From Nitrosopumilaceae archaeon (GTDB lineage: Archaea > Thermoproteota > Nitrososphaeria > Nitrososphaerales > Nitrosopumilaceae), in the NCBI GenBank assembly GCA_965208905.1, contig OZ242365.1:1408001-1472000 (forward strand): a stretch of DNA of 64,000 bases. The letters run 5' to 3'. Both the position numbers and the translations under genes were made by a program. The notes under the pieces were generated by a model that saw nothing but the letters and a program-made list of their open reading frames with translations, ran no database searches and was not told the DNA's origin. Position 1 is the stretch's first letter. Each line of letters opens with the position of its first letter. Positions 33,156-43,037 of the stretch are shown piece by piece.

Positions 33156-34517
33156 ATGACAGGTAGCAATACTGGCATGATCAGACTAGTACAATACTAC
33201 ATAAAGATGTGGAATTGGCGGTTATACTTTTTCATACTCTTGTTTTTAGGCCTTCCCAACGCCTACCAAGTCTACCGTACAGCCATAATAGGAACAACTC
33301 TACCGGATCCGGGAAGCTTGGCGATAGTCTCCCAATGGCAGTTTGTGGGATTGGCCGTTGAAGTTCTTCAAGAGGCAACGGTTCTGGCCATATTCTTCTA
33401 CGTTGGGTCACAAGTACGCAACAGTTCGACAGTCCAAATGGACCGCGCCAAGACAGTACTGTTCGTCATATTTATGTCAACACTAGTGTACGCGATGGGC
33501 GTATTTGCGTTTACAGATGTCTTCATAGATGCCATAGGAACTCCAGAGGATGTACGAAATCAGACACGCACATATCTGGAGGTTAGTATCTTTAGTCTCC
33601 CATTCACCGTGCTTACTGCGGCAATAGTCGTACTATTCGAATCACTGGGCATGCGCAGAATGGTGTTGATAATGGCGCTTGTTAATGTGGGTCTAATGTT
33701 TGGTATGGATATGCTGTTCTTTGGGGAATCTGGACCCCTGTTGATGGCGGACACAACGGGCGTGGCGTGGTCCACGTTACTGGCCAGCCTTTTTCTGTTT
33801 GTGATAGGATTGATTCTGCTGTTTCACACTAATTGGGCACAAGTGTCATCCCTGTTACAATTACCATCGTTCTCTGGCTTACGTACCTACTTGCGCGTAG
33901 GCATATGGAGCGGGACAGACAGTATAATTCGAAATGCAGCATACTTTGTTATGATAATCGGAATTGTAAACTCGATAGGGACAGGGGAGATGGGTGGATA
34001 TTATATATTCATCCAAGTTATGTGGGGATTCTCGTTGGTACCAATTCTGGCGTTTGCTGAGTCGGCCAAGGCACTGGCCGCCAACGTTTCTGGGTCTACG
34101 CAAGACACTCGGTGTCTCTGGATATCGTCTATGCTAATAACCTCTCTTATACTGATCACCATCTGGTTTCCCATACTCTTGTTCTTTGAAAACATCGTAG
34201 AATCCATGACAGAGGACGTACAGATATTAGAGTTCGCTCTCTTGGCGTTTGGCATACTACTCTTTCCCTACGTGATGTTTGCGTTCAATACAGTTACTGA
34301 CAGTATCTTTTATGGAATGGGCAGGACCATATACATGGCAATCCAGTCTGCCATCACCAATGGTACGGTCTATCTGGGAGCGTTCATTCTGTACGTGTCG
34401 GGGACATGGTCCCCTACATTCGAGGGTGTCATGTGGTTATTCTTCTGTGGCATAGCCGTCGATACCTGTTTAACCTTATTCTTGTTGCGACGGTTGTTGT
34501 ACAACAAGACTGTGTAA
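33156..34517 (+). CDS. MATE-like multi-pass membrane transporter (start uncertain)
   Basis: About 12 TM helices in two halves; DSIFYGMGRT motif. Confidence 0.7.
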   Translation: MTGSNTGMIRLVQYYIKMWNWRLYFFILLFLGLPNAYQVYRTAIIGTTLPDPGSLAIVSQWQFVGLAVEVLQEATVLAIFFYVGSQVRNSSTVQMDRAKTVLFVIFMSTLVYAMGVFAFTDVFIDAIGTPEDVRNQTRTYLEVSIFSLPFTVLTAAIVVLFESLGMRRMVLIMALVNVGLMFGMDMLFFGESGPLLMADTTGVAWSTLLASLFLFVIGLILLFHTNWAQVSSLLQLPSFSGLRTYLRVGIWSGTDSIIRNAAYFVMIIGIVNSIGTGEMGGYYIFIQVMWGFSLVPILAFAESAKALAANVSGSTQDTRCLWISSMLITSLILITIWFPILLFFENIVESMTEDVQILEFALLAFGILLFPYVMFAFNTVTDSIFYGMGRTIYMAIQSAITNGTVYLGAFILYVSGTWSPTFEGVMWLFFCGIAVDTCLTLFLLRRLLYNKTV

Positions 34518-34925
34518 CTGTGACCATATACTGACCCATACTCGTATAAGAGAACAGCCACAACGGACTAGAAAGAAATGCTGACCTATACACGGTTGGG
34601 AAAGTGCTAACTGGAAGTGGGAAAGTGCTGATCTGACCTATGTTTCCACTCCGCACGCGTCTATTTCTAGTCAATTTGGACTTCTACAGGCGAGAGGCGT
34701 GCGACCCAAGCGGCATCATGCCTTCAATACTGAATAATAATTGCTGGTGTAAACGTCCCACCATCTTCGAATCGATGGGATATCACGTCATGCGTATTTA
34801 ACCATCATATCAAACAGATGGTAGTATGCATCCAAAAATGTCGCTTTTGGAAAATTTTAGGCGGGGTTATGATACCAATTCACATAAACTCTAAAATTAT
34901 AACCCATGCCGAATATACAATAACC

Positions 34926-35483
34926 ATGCTGCCAAGACTGGAATCTATACGACAGGTACGCCAAAAACTGGGCGTTACACAAAAGAGACTGGCCCGAATG
35001 TGCGATGTCAGTGCATCAATGATAAACCAGATAGAGTCGGGCAGAAGCAAGCCCAGTTACGACACAGCAAAGAAGATATTTGATAGTCTGGCCAGCTTGG
35101 AGGGCAAGACGATGTCCCGAACTGCAGGCAGTCTGTGCAGTGAGGATATAGTGAAGTTGGATGAGCAAGACACGCTACAAGATGCAGTAAAGCAGATGCG
35201 ACAGTACTCCATAAGTCAGATACCCGTATTTTCCGGCAGAGATCCTGTGGGCGCAATAACCGAGGATGGCATAGTGAAATTTTTGGCCAGTGGTAAAGAG
35301 TCGGATCTAAAGAGCATAAGACTGATCAGCGCCATGGACCCCATACCTCCCATCGTGGACCATGACACGCCGGCCGCATTGCTGGTACCACTCATTCGAT
35401 ACTCAAAGTGTATACTGGTATCAAAAAAGTCAAAAATAGTGGGAATAATAACGGCATCTGACGCGCTAAAGATAATGGAGTAG
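34926..35483 (+). CDS. HTH plus CBS-pair transcriptional regulator
   Basis: Xre HTH (TQKRLA...INQIESG) followed by two CBS domains (ISQIPV, VGIITASD). Confidence 0.92.
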   Translation: MLPRLESIRQVRQKLGVTQKRLARMCDVSASMINQIESGRSKPSYDTAKKIFDSLASLEGKTMSRTAGSLCSEDIVKLDEQDTLQDAVKQMRQYSISQIPVFSGRDPVGAITEDGIVKFLASGKESDLKSIRLISAMDPIPPIVDHDTPAALLVPLIRYSKCILVSKKSKIVGIITASDALKIME

Positions 35484-35485
35484 TG

Positions 35486-35881
35486 TCACTTTGGGTGTGC
35501 GCAGAGCTCGGCTAAAACACCATGCAATGACTTGGGATGAATGAAGGTCACACGGGTTCCTGCAGAACCAGGCCGTACATCACCAAGAAACCTGATACCG
35601 CAGGAGGTCATACGGGACACCTGCGAATCTATACCCTCCGTCTCCAAAGCAATATGATGCAAGCCCGGCCCCTTCTTTTCTAAAAATTTTTTAATCGGGC
35701 TGGAATCTCCAATGGGTTCCATCAGCTCGATGCGACCATTCTCCAGGTGTAGTATGGCGACTGAGACGCCTTCGGACTCAACACGCTCGTACTCTATATC
35801 GTCCACCTGCAGAAGAGTCGAGTATGTCTGAACTGCCTCTTTTAAATCATCGACTGCAATGGCGATATGATCAATCTTCAT
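35486..35881 (-). CDS. mce: Methylmalonyl-CoA epimerase
   Basis: IDHIAIAV, GLHHIAL, FIHPKS..GVL.EL. Confidence 0.95.
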   Translation of the reverse strand: MKIDHIAIAVDDLKEAVQTYSTLLQVDDIEYERVESEGVSVAILHLENGRIELMEPIGDSSPIKKFLEKKGPGLHHIALETEGIDSQVSRMTSCGIRFLGDVRPGSAGTRVTFIHPKSLHGVLAELCAHPK

Positions 35882-37434
35882 CAGAACACCTCCTGTGGCC
35901 TATACTCCCCAAAGACCTCCCTAAATGCATTGCTTATCTCACCGGTGGTGGCTCGTGCCCGGGCTGCATCAATTATGAGCGGCATCAGGTTCTCGTCGGT
36001 GTCTGCTGCAGCTACTAACTTTGATAGTACATTCTTTACATGCGTATTATCTCTGGACTGCCGTAGTCTCTTTAGTGCGCTGTTTTGTTGCATCTCAACT
36101 GTATCGTCAATGCGTAGCAGATTTGGCTGCTTTTCGTCTGTGTCGACATACTTGTTTACTCCCACAAGTATACGATCATTTGCATCCGCCTCCTTCTTTA
36201 GTCGATACGCATTCTGACGTATCTCAGACTGGAAGAATCCTCGCTCTATGGCCGCGACAGATCCCCCCATCTTTTCAATACGGCTCAAATAGTCCCAGAC
36301 ACCCTCTTCAATACTTGCGAACAGGTCCTCCATATAGTAGGATCCCGCCAGCGGGTCTACAGTCTTTGTAATTCCGCTCTCGTGCGCCACTATCTGCTGT
36401 GTTCGTAATGCTATTTTTGCCGACTCTTCAGTGGGAAGTGCCAACGCTTCATCTCTGGAGTTTGTGTGTAGGGACTGCGTTCCACCCGCCACAGCTGCCA
36501 TGGTCTGTATGGCTACCCGTACTATGTTGTTGTTCGGTTGTTGCGCCGTCAGTGATTCCCCACTAGTCTGTGTGTGGAACTTTAGCTGCATCGATTTTGG
36601 GTTCTTTGCGCCAAACTGCTCCTTTAGTATTTTAGCGTATATGCTTCGGGCAGCGCGAAACTTGGCCACCTCTTCAAAGAACTCTATTGTACAACAGAAG
36701 AAGAATGATAGACGCGGGGCAAAGTCATCTATGTCCAAACCCCTGTCCAGACACGTCTGTATGTATGCAATGGCATTGGCCAGCGTAAATGCCACCTCTT
36801 GAGTAGCAGTACAGCCAGCCTCCCGCATGTGATATCCGGATATTGAGACCGGATACCATGATGGTACCTTCTTTGCGCAGTACTGTATCATATCTCCAAT
36901 GAGTCTCATGGAGGGCTTGGGCGGATAGATGTACGTATTGCGGGCAATGTACTCTTTTAGTATGTCGTTCTGCGTGGTACCTCTCAATACCTTGCTGTTA
37001 AATCCCTGCGACTCTCCTACCACTATATAGTAAGATAATAGTGTGGAGGCAGTCGAGTTTATCGTCATGGATGTGCTAACCTTACCTAAAGGTATGCCGT
37101 CAAAGGCAGTCACCATATCATCAACGGATGCTATGGATACGCCCACTTTGCCCACCTCGCCCTCGGCAGGACCCGAGTCGGGATCATGACCTATCTGAGT
37201 GGGCAGGTCAAACGCCATCGACAGTCCTGTCTGCCCCTTCTCCAACATGAACTTGAATCGTTCGTTGGTAAGTCTTGCATCGCCAAAGCCAGAGTATTGT
37301 CTCATAGTCCAGAATCTATCCCTATACATGCCAGCATGTATGCCTCGCGTATACGGATATGTGCCAGCATCCTCAGCATTCCCATATATCCGCTTTACCT
37401 CAAAGTTTGAGTCTGTAAATATATCATTGGACAT
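35881..37434 (-). CDS. Methylmalonyl-CoA mutase, large subunit
   Basis: YPYTRG, WTMRQYSGF, QNDILKEY, ISGYH, SLHTNSRDEA. Confidence 0.95.
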   Translation of the reverse strand: MSNDIFTDSNFEVKRIYGNAEDAGTYPYTRGIHAGMYRDRFWTMRQYSGFGDARLTNERFKFMLEKGQTGLSMAFDLPTQIGHDPDSGPAEGEVGKVGVSIASVDDMVTAFDGIPLGKVSTSMTINSTASTLLSYYIVVGESQGFNSKVLRGTTQNDILKEYIARNTYIYPPKPSMRLIGDMIQYCAKKVPSWYPVSISGYHMREAGCTATQEVAFTLANAIAYIQTCLDRGLDIDDFAPRLSFFFCCTIEFFEEVAKFRAARSIYAKILKEQFGAKNPKSMQLKFHTQTSGESLTAQQPNNNIVRVAIQTMAAVAGGTQSLHTNSRDEALALPTEESAKIALRTQQIVAHESGITKTVDPLAGSYYMEDLFASIEEGVWDYLSRIEKMGGSVAAIERGFFQSEIRQNAYRLKKEADANDRILVGVNKYVDTDEKQPNLLRIDDTVEMQQNSALKRLRQSRDNTHVKNVLSKLVAAADTDENLMPLIIDAARARATTGEISNAFREVFGEYRPQEVF

Positions 37435-37440
37435 TACACA

Positions 37441-38352
37441 TCACCTCAAGAGCAGCCCTGTTATGTATTCGGCTGCCTTGTATGGATTTGAATCTCCTGC
37501 TCTGATTAAATCCACCTGCTGCGCAACACGATCGTCTTTTTGAGCCATATGGTTCAGCTTTCCATATAGGTTACTTAAAATTATATCCACAAGTTCGGCC
37601 TTTATTCTGTACTCTTGCCTCTCTTGTGAGTCCATATTGGAGTGTAACGCCTCTTGTATTATACGTGATAGCTCATCTATGCCCTCGTTGTTCTTTACGG
37701 ATGTCAGTAACACATGTGGGTTGCGGTCAGACTCACCTATAAAATCTCGCACAGCATCAAAGAGTGCAGCACTTCCAGGCAGATCAGACTTGTTCACTAC
37801 GCAGATATCGCCTATCTCAGTAATTCCCGCCTTTATCGTCTGTATGCTATCGCCGGTATGTGGATTAAACACCACTACAGTTACGTCGGCCAAATCTGAA
37901 ATGTCCACCTCTGTCTGGCCAGCACCCACACTCTCTACTATTATAGGATCAAAACGAGCATACTCTAATACGCGTATGCTGTTTCTCAGAGACCCAGAGA
38001 CGGCCCCGGTGGCCCCCCGGGATGCCAGACTACGTATATACACACCCGAATCTGTTGATTCGGTCATACGGACACGATCTCCTAGTATGGCGCCACCGGT
38101 TATATGACTTGTTGGGTCGACTGCCAATACGGCAGGCTTGCAGCCTGATTTTGACAGGCGTACAGTCAGCTGGTTTATCAGTGAACTCTTTCCGGCCCCC
38201 GCAGGGCCTGTGATACCCACTATGCCCGCATCTCCTGTATGCGGGAATATCTCTTGAAGGAATTTTTGGGCCTGTACTGGGTCATTCTCGACCAAAGATA
38301 TGGCCCGGGCCACACTTCTACGGTGACCGTTGCGCAACCTCTCTAAATCCAT
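37441..38352 (-). CDS. meaB: Methylmalonyl-CoA mutase-associated GTPase
   Basis: GPAGAGKS, DPTS...GGAILGDRVRM, ESVGAGQ, NKSD. Confidence 0.93.
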   Translation of the reverse strand: MDLERLRNGHRRSVARAISLVENDPVQAQKFLQEIFPHTGDAGIVGITGPAGAGKSSLINQLTVRLSKSGCKPAVLAVDPTSHITGGAILGDRVRMTESTDSGVYIRSLASRGATGAVSGSLRNSIRVLEYARFDPIIVESVGAGQTEVDISDLADVTVVVFNPHTGDSIQTIKAGITEIGDICVVNKSDLPGSAALFDAVRDFIGESDRNPHVLLTSVKNNEGIDELSRIIQEALHSNMDSQERQEYRIKAELVDIILSNLYGKLNHMAQKDDRVAQQVDLIRAGDSNPYKAAEYITGLLLR

Positions 38353-38782
38353 ATCTAACTGCTATACGTCAGGTAATAAATTCTTGATTGTTTCATTGAT
38401 TTATCGAAGGATGAGCCGGGGATTACATACACAGGCTTCCCTGACAAAAAAATCATACATTCAAGTCACAAACTGCTAAAAGCATACCATCTTTGCCCCT
38501 GCGCAATGTCGGTCAGGGCACTGCCGTCGCGCGGCACGTCCATTATCATAACATACTGCTCCTCCTCGGTGACCCGCTGGAAGCATACGGTTACATCTAC
38601 CTGTTCTTTTCAGACGTGCTGTGGCTGGGCTCGTGGGGCAGGCCGCGGTGGCTGGGGATGGTCCGACCCTCGCCGTTGATGTCCAGTGTCGTGTTTTTAG
38701 CGTCAATTTCAGCTGGATCGACACAAAGAACGTGAATACTCCAAACATAATCTTAATATCTATAGTTGAATACAACGTATGC

Positions 38783-39721
38783 GTGAAATTTCTATGGGTG
38801 GTTGCAGGAGTGTTGTGCGTGATGATGACCGGGCTGGGCGTAGGCTGGGCCGAGCACCAACTAGTGCCAGAAGGTTTGAGCGATGAGGAGTTGGAACGCT
38901 TTGAACAAAGAGCTGCCATGCCAGATGCATCTGGTCATATTGAAGGCGAGTATGGTGACTGTCTGTTGAGTTTCGTCAGTTCTTCCATCTTTGACCAGAA
39001 CTCCATGGTCGACATATCTATGAATTGTAAATTTGGTTATGGCGGCGGAGGAGGCGGAGGAGGCGATGAGCGGTTCTACCACAATCTGCTGAGACCGAAC
39101 TTCCACGGCCCCCCGTCCAACTCGTTCGCTTGGGAACAGGACAGTGTAGAGTATTGCGACCTGCAAGCAACCAACAAGGCGCGCTATCCAGGACACGGCC
39201 CTACCACACTGACGATTGTCATCAACTGTTGGTGGGAGGATGAGGTGACAGTCCTCAATGCCACCATAGATGACCGCCCCATTGAAAAGTTGGCAGCGGA
39301 TGCTACCCATGCCGTATTCGGCGTGGTGACGCGAGTTGACACCGTCCTGTACAACGCGACCACAATCAACGGAACCGCGATTAACGGAACCGAATCGGTC
39401 CGCGAGACGATCTTCACCGATGTGACTATTGTCATCAATGAGGACCTAAAAGGTGCCTATAATGACACGTTGATGACGCTTCGATTCGAGGGCGGCGCCA
39501 TGGACAGCTTGAGGATAATCAACCCCGTGGCTCCGCAGTTTGAATTGGGTGAGTACGTGTTCGTTCTAGTGGGCGAGCCGGATGAGGAGGGATACTACCC
39601 AATAATAGGCCAGGTCAACGGCAAGTACACAATTGAGGGTGAAAGCGCCAGAACGACCCACTATGAGCGGTTCACCACGGTCAATGCGTTGCGGACCCTG
39701 TTCGCCGAGGAGCAACCCTGA
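38783..39721 (+). CDS. Secreted hypothetical protein with poly-Gly tract (GC-rich)
   Basis: GTG start, signal peptide KFLWVVAGVLCVMMTGLGVGWA, G8 tract, C-terminal domain with VFGVVT...GG...PQFELGE. Confidence 0.65.
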   Translation: MKFLWVVAGVLCVMMTGLGVGWAEHQLVPEGLSDEELERFEQRAAMPDASGHIEGEYGDCLLSFVSSSIFDQNSMVDISMNCKFGYGGGGGGGGDERFYHNLLRPNFHGPPSNSFAWEQDSVEYCDLQATNKARYPGHGPTTLTIVINCWWEDEVTVLNATIDDRPIEKLAADATHAVFGVVTRVDTVLYNATTINGTAINGTESVRETIFTDVTIVINEDLKGAYNDTLMTLRFEGGAMDSLRIINPVAPQFELGEYVFVLVGEPDEEGYYPIIGQVNGKYTIEGESARTTHYERFTTVNALRTLFAEEQP

Positions 39722-40104
39722 TTGGGCTGACTGACACCGTGCCATACTAAGTTTTAATGTAGCCGTCCAACACGGAGCTGGGTAGAAATGGTGACCTACC
39801 ACATGTCTGGGTAATTTGTGACCTAGAGTGGGTAAAATGTGACCCAGAGTGGAAACTGGGGTCTGGTTGTTTTGTAGATATTTTCTACGTGGAGTGGAAA
39901 TGAGGTCAGATTTTTGGAGTAGAGATTGGGGTCGTATACCTACATTGCCAGCCCAAGTTAGCTTTTATCGGCAGTTTATTTGTTACCCTAGAATGTTATG
40001 ACAGTCCACCCATCATTAAACATGAATGCTAGATATGGGAACCAATAACCATCGTTTATGTCGATATGATTAACCATGTGTAAGACACCAAATAGGCGTA
40101 GAGT

Positions 40105-40827
40105 CTAACTATTATACCTACACTCGTTACTCAGCTTACAGTTATTGCAACCGGGATCCTGCTTTGTACACACATCCAAACCGTGATAATAGAGGGGCCG
40201 ATCTATCTTCCATGGATTATCAGGTTCTATTTGGCTGGCTAATTCCTGAGCTCTAGTCACAGATATCTCACCATCACCATCAAATACCCTTCCAAGCACA
40301 CGTTTTGTGTTAATGTCCGCCTTTATTCTACCGCGCTCCTCCCTAATATGACCCGTATCTTCAAGTGCACCTCTAATCATGTCGGAGATATCATTCCCAG
40401 CTCGGATGTACCGCAAACGCCGTACTATTTCATCTGAAGACTGCTCCTTCCATATGTTCCGGGCATCCCCATCATACTCTTCTACAATGCTGTGGGCAAT
40501 CCTCAATACCCGTACTGGTACCTTATTGACGAACCGGTGTAGTGAATGTTTTGTAAAAGTGTGTATCATCCAATCTTCGGTTTTACCGGTTATTATGTTC
40601 CATAGGTTGTCTGGATCTCCTAGTATCTCTTCTGTGAATATTCTGGCATTCTCCCATGCCCTATTTGCGGGAATCTGATAGTCTATAATTGCACCAAACA
40701 TGAACTTGTTGGCCTCTTTTTTGGTTGCCGGTCTGTCCAGTGGGAGCCATGGCCATCCTACTTCCGGCCTCTCCTCACCTCCCGACATTTCCCGAAGTAT
40801 ATCTCTGACTCGGTTGTACTTTGTCAT
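40105..40827 (-). CDS. HhH-GPD/endonuclease III-like DNA glycosylase with 4Fe-4S motif
   Basis: IDYQIPANRAW, LHRF, ADINTKRV..R, C-terminal CxxxxPxCxxCxLxxxC. Confidence 0.8.
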   Translation of the reverse strand: MTKYNRVRDILREMSGGEERPEVGWPWLPLDRPATKKEANKFMFGAIIDYQIPANRAWENARIFTEEILGDPDNLWNIITGKTEDWMIHTFTKHSLHRFVNKVPVRVLRIAHSIVEEYDGDARNIWKEQSSDEIVRRLRYIRAGNDISDMIRGALEDTGHIREERGRIKADINTKRVLGRVFDGDGEISVTRAQELASQIEPDNPWKIDRPLYYHGLDVCTKQDPGCNNCKLSNECRYNS

Positions 40828-40963
40828 GTTCCCATTAATTATAACATCCTGTAAAAATACATTTGTGCAATAAATGTATAGAGAACTCTTGACTTGGGTA
40901 GAAATAGATGTGGCCGACTATTATTTCCACATGGTGTTTTGTATGTCATCCCCGAGTAATCCA

Positions 40964-42007
40964 TCAATCACCATTTGTCAAACGACGCGGAGTCGTATCA
41001 ATCGACTTGGCTTCAGGTAGCTCATCTATTGTAGCACCAGCCTGTGCTAGCTTCTCGGCTGCCGGCATCAACCGAGAATCCCAAGATCCAACACTATCAT
41101 TGTAGTTTTTTATGGCCTTGCCTAATGCATCACCGGTCTTAACATAATGTTTGCCAAATGTGTTCAACTTGCTGTATAATTCCGCAGAGAGTTTGCCTAT
41201 ATCCTTCACAGTATCGGCCATCTCATTCTGTTTCCATATTATATTAACTGCACGTAACAACACCATGAGTACGGACTGTGTGGCTAGCACCACCTTGTTT
41301 CCCCAAGCATACTCTGTTAGTTTACTATCTTTTTCCAGTGCAGGTAGTAGGGCATATTCTGGCATTACCAATATGACACATTCCAACGACTCATTACCCT
41401 TCCAGTATTCTTTGTTGGATAGTGACCTAATGTGACCCTTAACAGCCTTGACATGCTCGTCCATATAGTATGATTTGTGGTTCTCATCCTCCGCGGCGAT
41501 GGACTTTTGTAGTGCATCCAATGGGGCCTTTGAATCCAGTATTACGTTACGATTGTCTGGTAGATGGACAATAAAATCAAGCCTCCCAGCATCCGTCGTA
41601 TGTTGAGTGTTGTAGTGCTTACCCTTCTCAAATCCGGACATCTGAAGTACTTTCTCTATAGTTATCTCGGAATATTGGCCACGCTTCTGTGAGCTTGTCA
41701 GCACCTCGGATATGTCCTTGGTACTTTTTACTAATTCAGTGGTCACCTGTTTGTTTTCTGCATACTGTCCTACGATTTTCTCCATACGTTCGTCAAGCTT
41801 ATTCATCATCTCGCTTAGAGGTTCAAGCATTGGGTCTGTTGCCTCCTTCGTCAGTGCCGGAAGGTCCTCGGTTTTTATTTTCAGTGTGGTGGATAGTCTA
41901 TCACATTCCCTGTTTATTTTATCATATTTTTTTCGCAGCCGGTAATATGCTAGAAATAATATCGCTGCGATAACTACCATCACGCCAAACGCACCCTCAA
42001 ATGCCAT
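40964..42007 (-). CDS. rmuC: DNA recombination protein RmuC
   Basis: N-terminal TM, coiled coil, KRG..SE, DFIVHLP...ILDSKAPL, HIRSLS.KEYW, YN.SVGS. Confidence 0.9.
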   Translation of the reverse strand: MAFEGAFGVMVVIAAILFLAYYRLRKKYDKINRECDRLSTTLKIKTEDLPALTKEATDPMLEPLSEMMNKLDERMEKIVGQYAENKQVTTELVKSTKDISEVLTSSQKRGQYSEITIEKVLQMSGFEKGKHYNTQHTTDAGRLDFIVHLPDNRNVILDSKAPLDALQKSIAAEDENHKSYYMDEHVKAVKGHIRSLSNKEYWKGNESLECVILVMPEYALLPALEKDSKLTEYAWGNKVVLATQSVLMVLLRAVNIIWKQNEMADTVKDIGKLSAELYSKLNTFGKHYVKTGDALGKAIKNYNDSVGSWDSRLMPAAEKLAQAGATIDELPEAKSIDTTPRRLTNGD

Positions 42008-42087
42008 GATAATATCATATTATGTGTGTATAAAAAAGATCTAACAACCACAGAATGACACATAGGGTCTATATGACATCATATCTG

Positions 42088-42190
42088 TGTAATGTAGTAG
42101 GAATTGCACAGGGTATCTGGGAGCCATGCCCGGCATTCTACGGGATGTAGGTGAAGCGGTGATGTAACACCAGACTATTTCTACAGTATT
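42088..42190 (+). other. Isolated copy of 23S rRNA helices 76-78 (L1 stalk)
   Basis: Ungapped match to the reverse complement of ~5807-5909; 46-nt identical core at 42103-42148. Confidence 0.9.
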
Positions 42191-42650
42191 CTTGTACATA
42201 ATCCCCCAACACTACTCTAGGTCACAAATTACCCAGACATGTGGTAGGTCACCATTTCTACCCAGCTCCTGTGTCCGCGATCAAAGTACCTTTCAGTCTC
42301 CCGATCCGGCTCACCCTGCCCCACCATATGGGTGCGGGCGGCCGGCATCGAACGACACGGGAAGCAGGAGGTGGCGGTTCTGGCCTTCTTGAAGTAATAA
42401 AATCATTATGAACTTTTTCATTCCAGTATTGGTAATCATATTACTCCCCCGGTTACTGGCGACTAGACAGGCGACCAGCAGCAACATCATAAAACTGAAT
42501 GGCGAGCATGCCAACAGTATACACGGTAGTTCTGTGAACTGAAGCATATAATTCTGAGTCACATACATCTTGAAATTGACAAAATTCAAGCCAAAAGACT
42601 CAACGTTGTTACAGATAGCTCATAGTACAATCTGCTCTTCGATGGTACGC

Positions 42651-43037
42651 TTATGGTCTGACAAATATAATGTCAGCCTGTGGTTGACCCAAATCTCGAA
42701 ACTCGGTCTTGAGTGTTATGTTGCCTAGCGTATCGTGTGTAATGTGTAGCAGTATGGGGTGAACGCCCCAACCATACTGTGGTGGCGCACCAAAGTGTAT
42801 ACTGTCAGTAAAGTTGTATGAATCATAAGTTCTAAAGAACGTCTCCTTCATCCCCTGTATCTCCATTGAAACCTGATGCGTGCCTCTGGACTTGTCTGTA
42901 AACTGCACCTCTACTGTGGAGCCATCGTATGTGGCATATACATCAAAGTCTGATGTGTACTCTGTATCGTTGGACGGCAATAACATAACTATCAAAAGAG
43001 CAATTACAGGTATAATCAACAGTATCTTTTTTGTCAA
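42651..43037 (-). CDS. Hypothetical membrane-anchored/secreted protein
   Basis: N-terminal hydrophobic helix; overlaps the aminopeptidase stop. Confidence 0.7.
   Translation of the reverse strand: MTKKILLIIPVIALLIVMLLPSNDTEYTSDFDVYATYDGSTVEVQFTDKSRGTHQVSMEIQGMKETFFRTYDSYNFTDSIHFGAPPQYGWGVHPILLHITHDTLGNITLKTEFRDLGQPQADIIFVRP

Larger units (their letters stand above)
39774..42269. repeat. Perfect 56-bp inverted repeats (39774-39829 / 42214-42269) bounding a 2.5-kb cassette
   Basis: GGAGCTGGGTAGAAATGGTGACCTACCACATGTCTGGGTAATTTGTGACCTAGAGT and its exact reverse complement. Confidence 0.92.

Noticed and set aside
34670-34800. Possible tRNA or sRNA
   Set aside because: No cloverleaf or T-loop consensus found; no tRNA was recognised anywhere in the window.
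35881-38352. Missing cobalamin-binding small subunit of methylmalonyl-CoA mutase
   Set aside because: It is commonly encoded separately in this group, so absence from the window is uninformative.
38476-38735. GC-rich ORF fragments upstream of the secreted protein
   Set aside because: Frame-broken and unassignable; probably a pseudogene remnant.
39774-39935. Short iterated motifs as a mini-CRISPR
   Set aside because: Units are degenerate, irregularly spaced and in mixed orientation, with no unique spacers.
42290-42600. Short ORFs beyond the right inverted repeat
   Set aside because: No recognisable motifs; cannot support a call.
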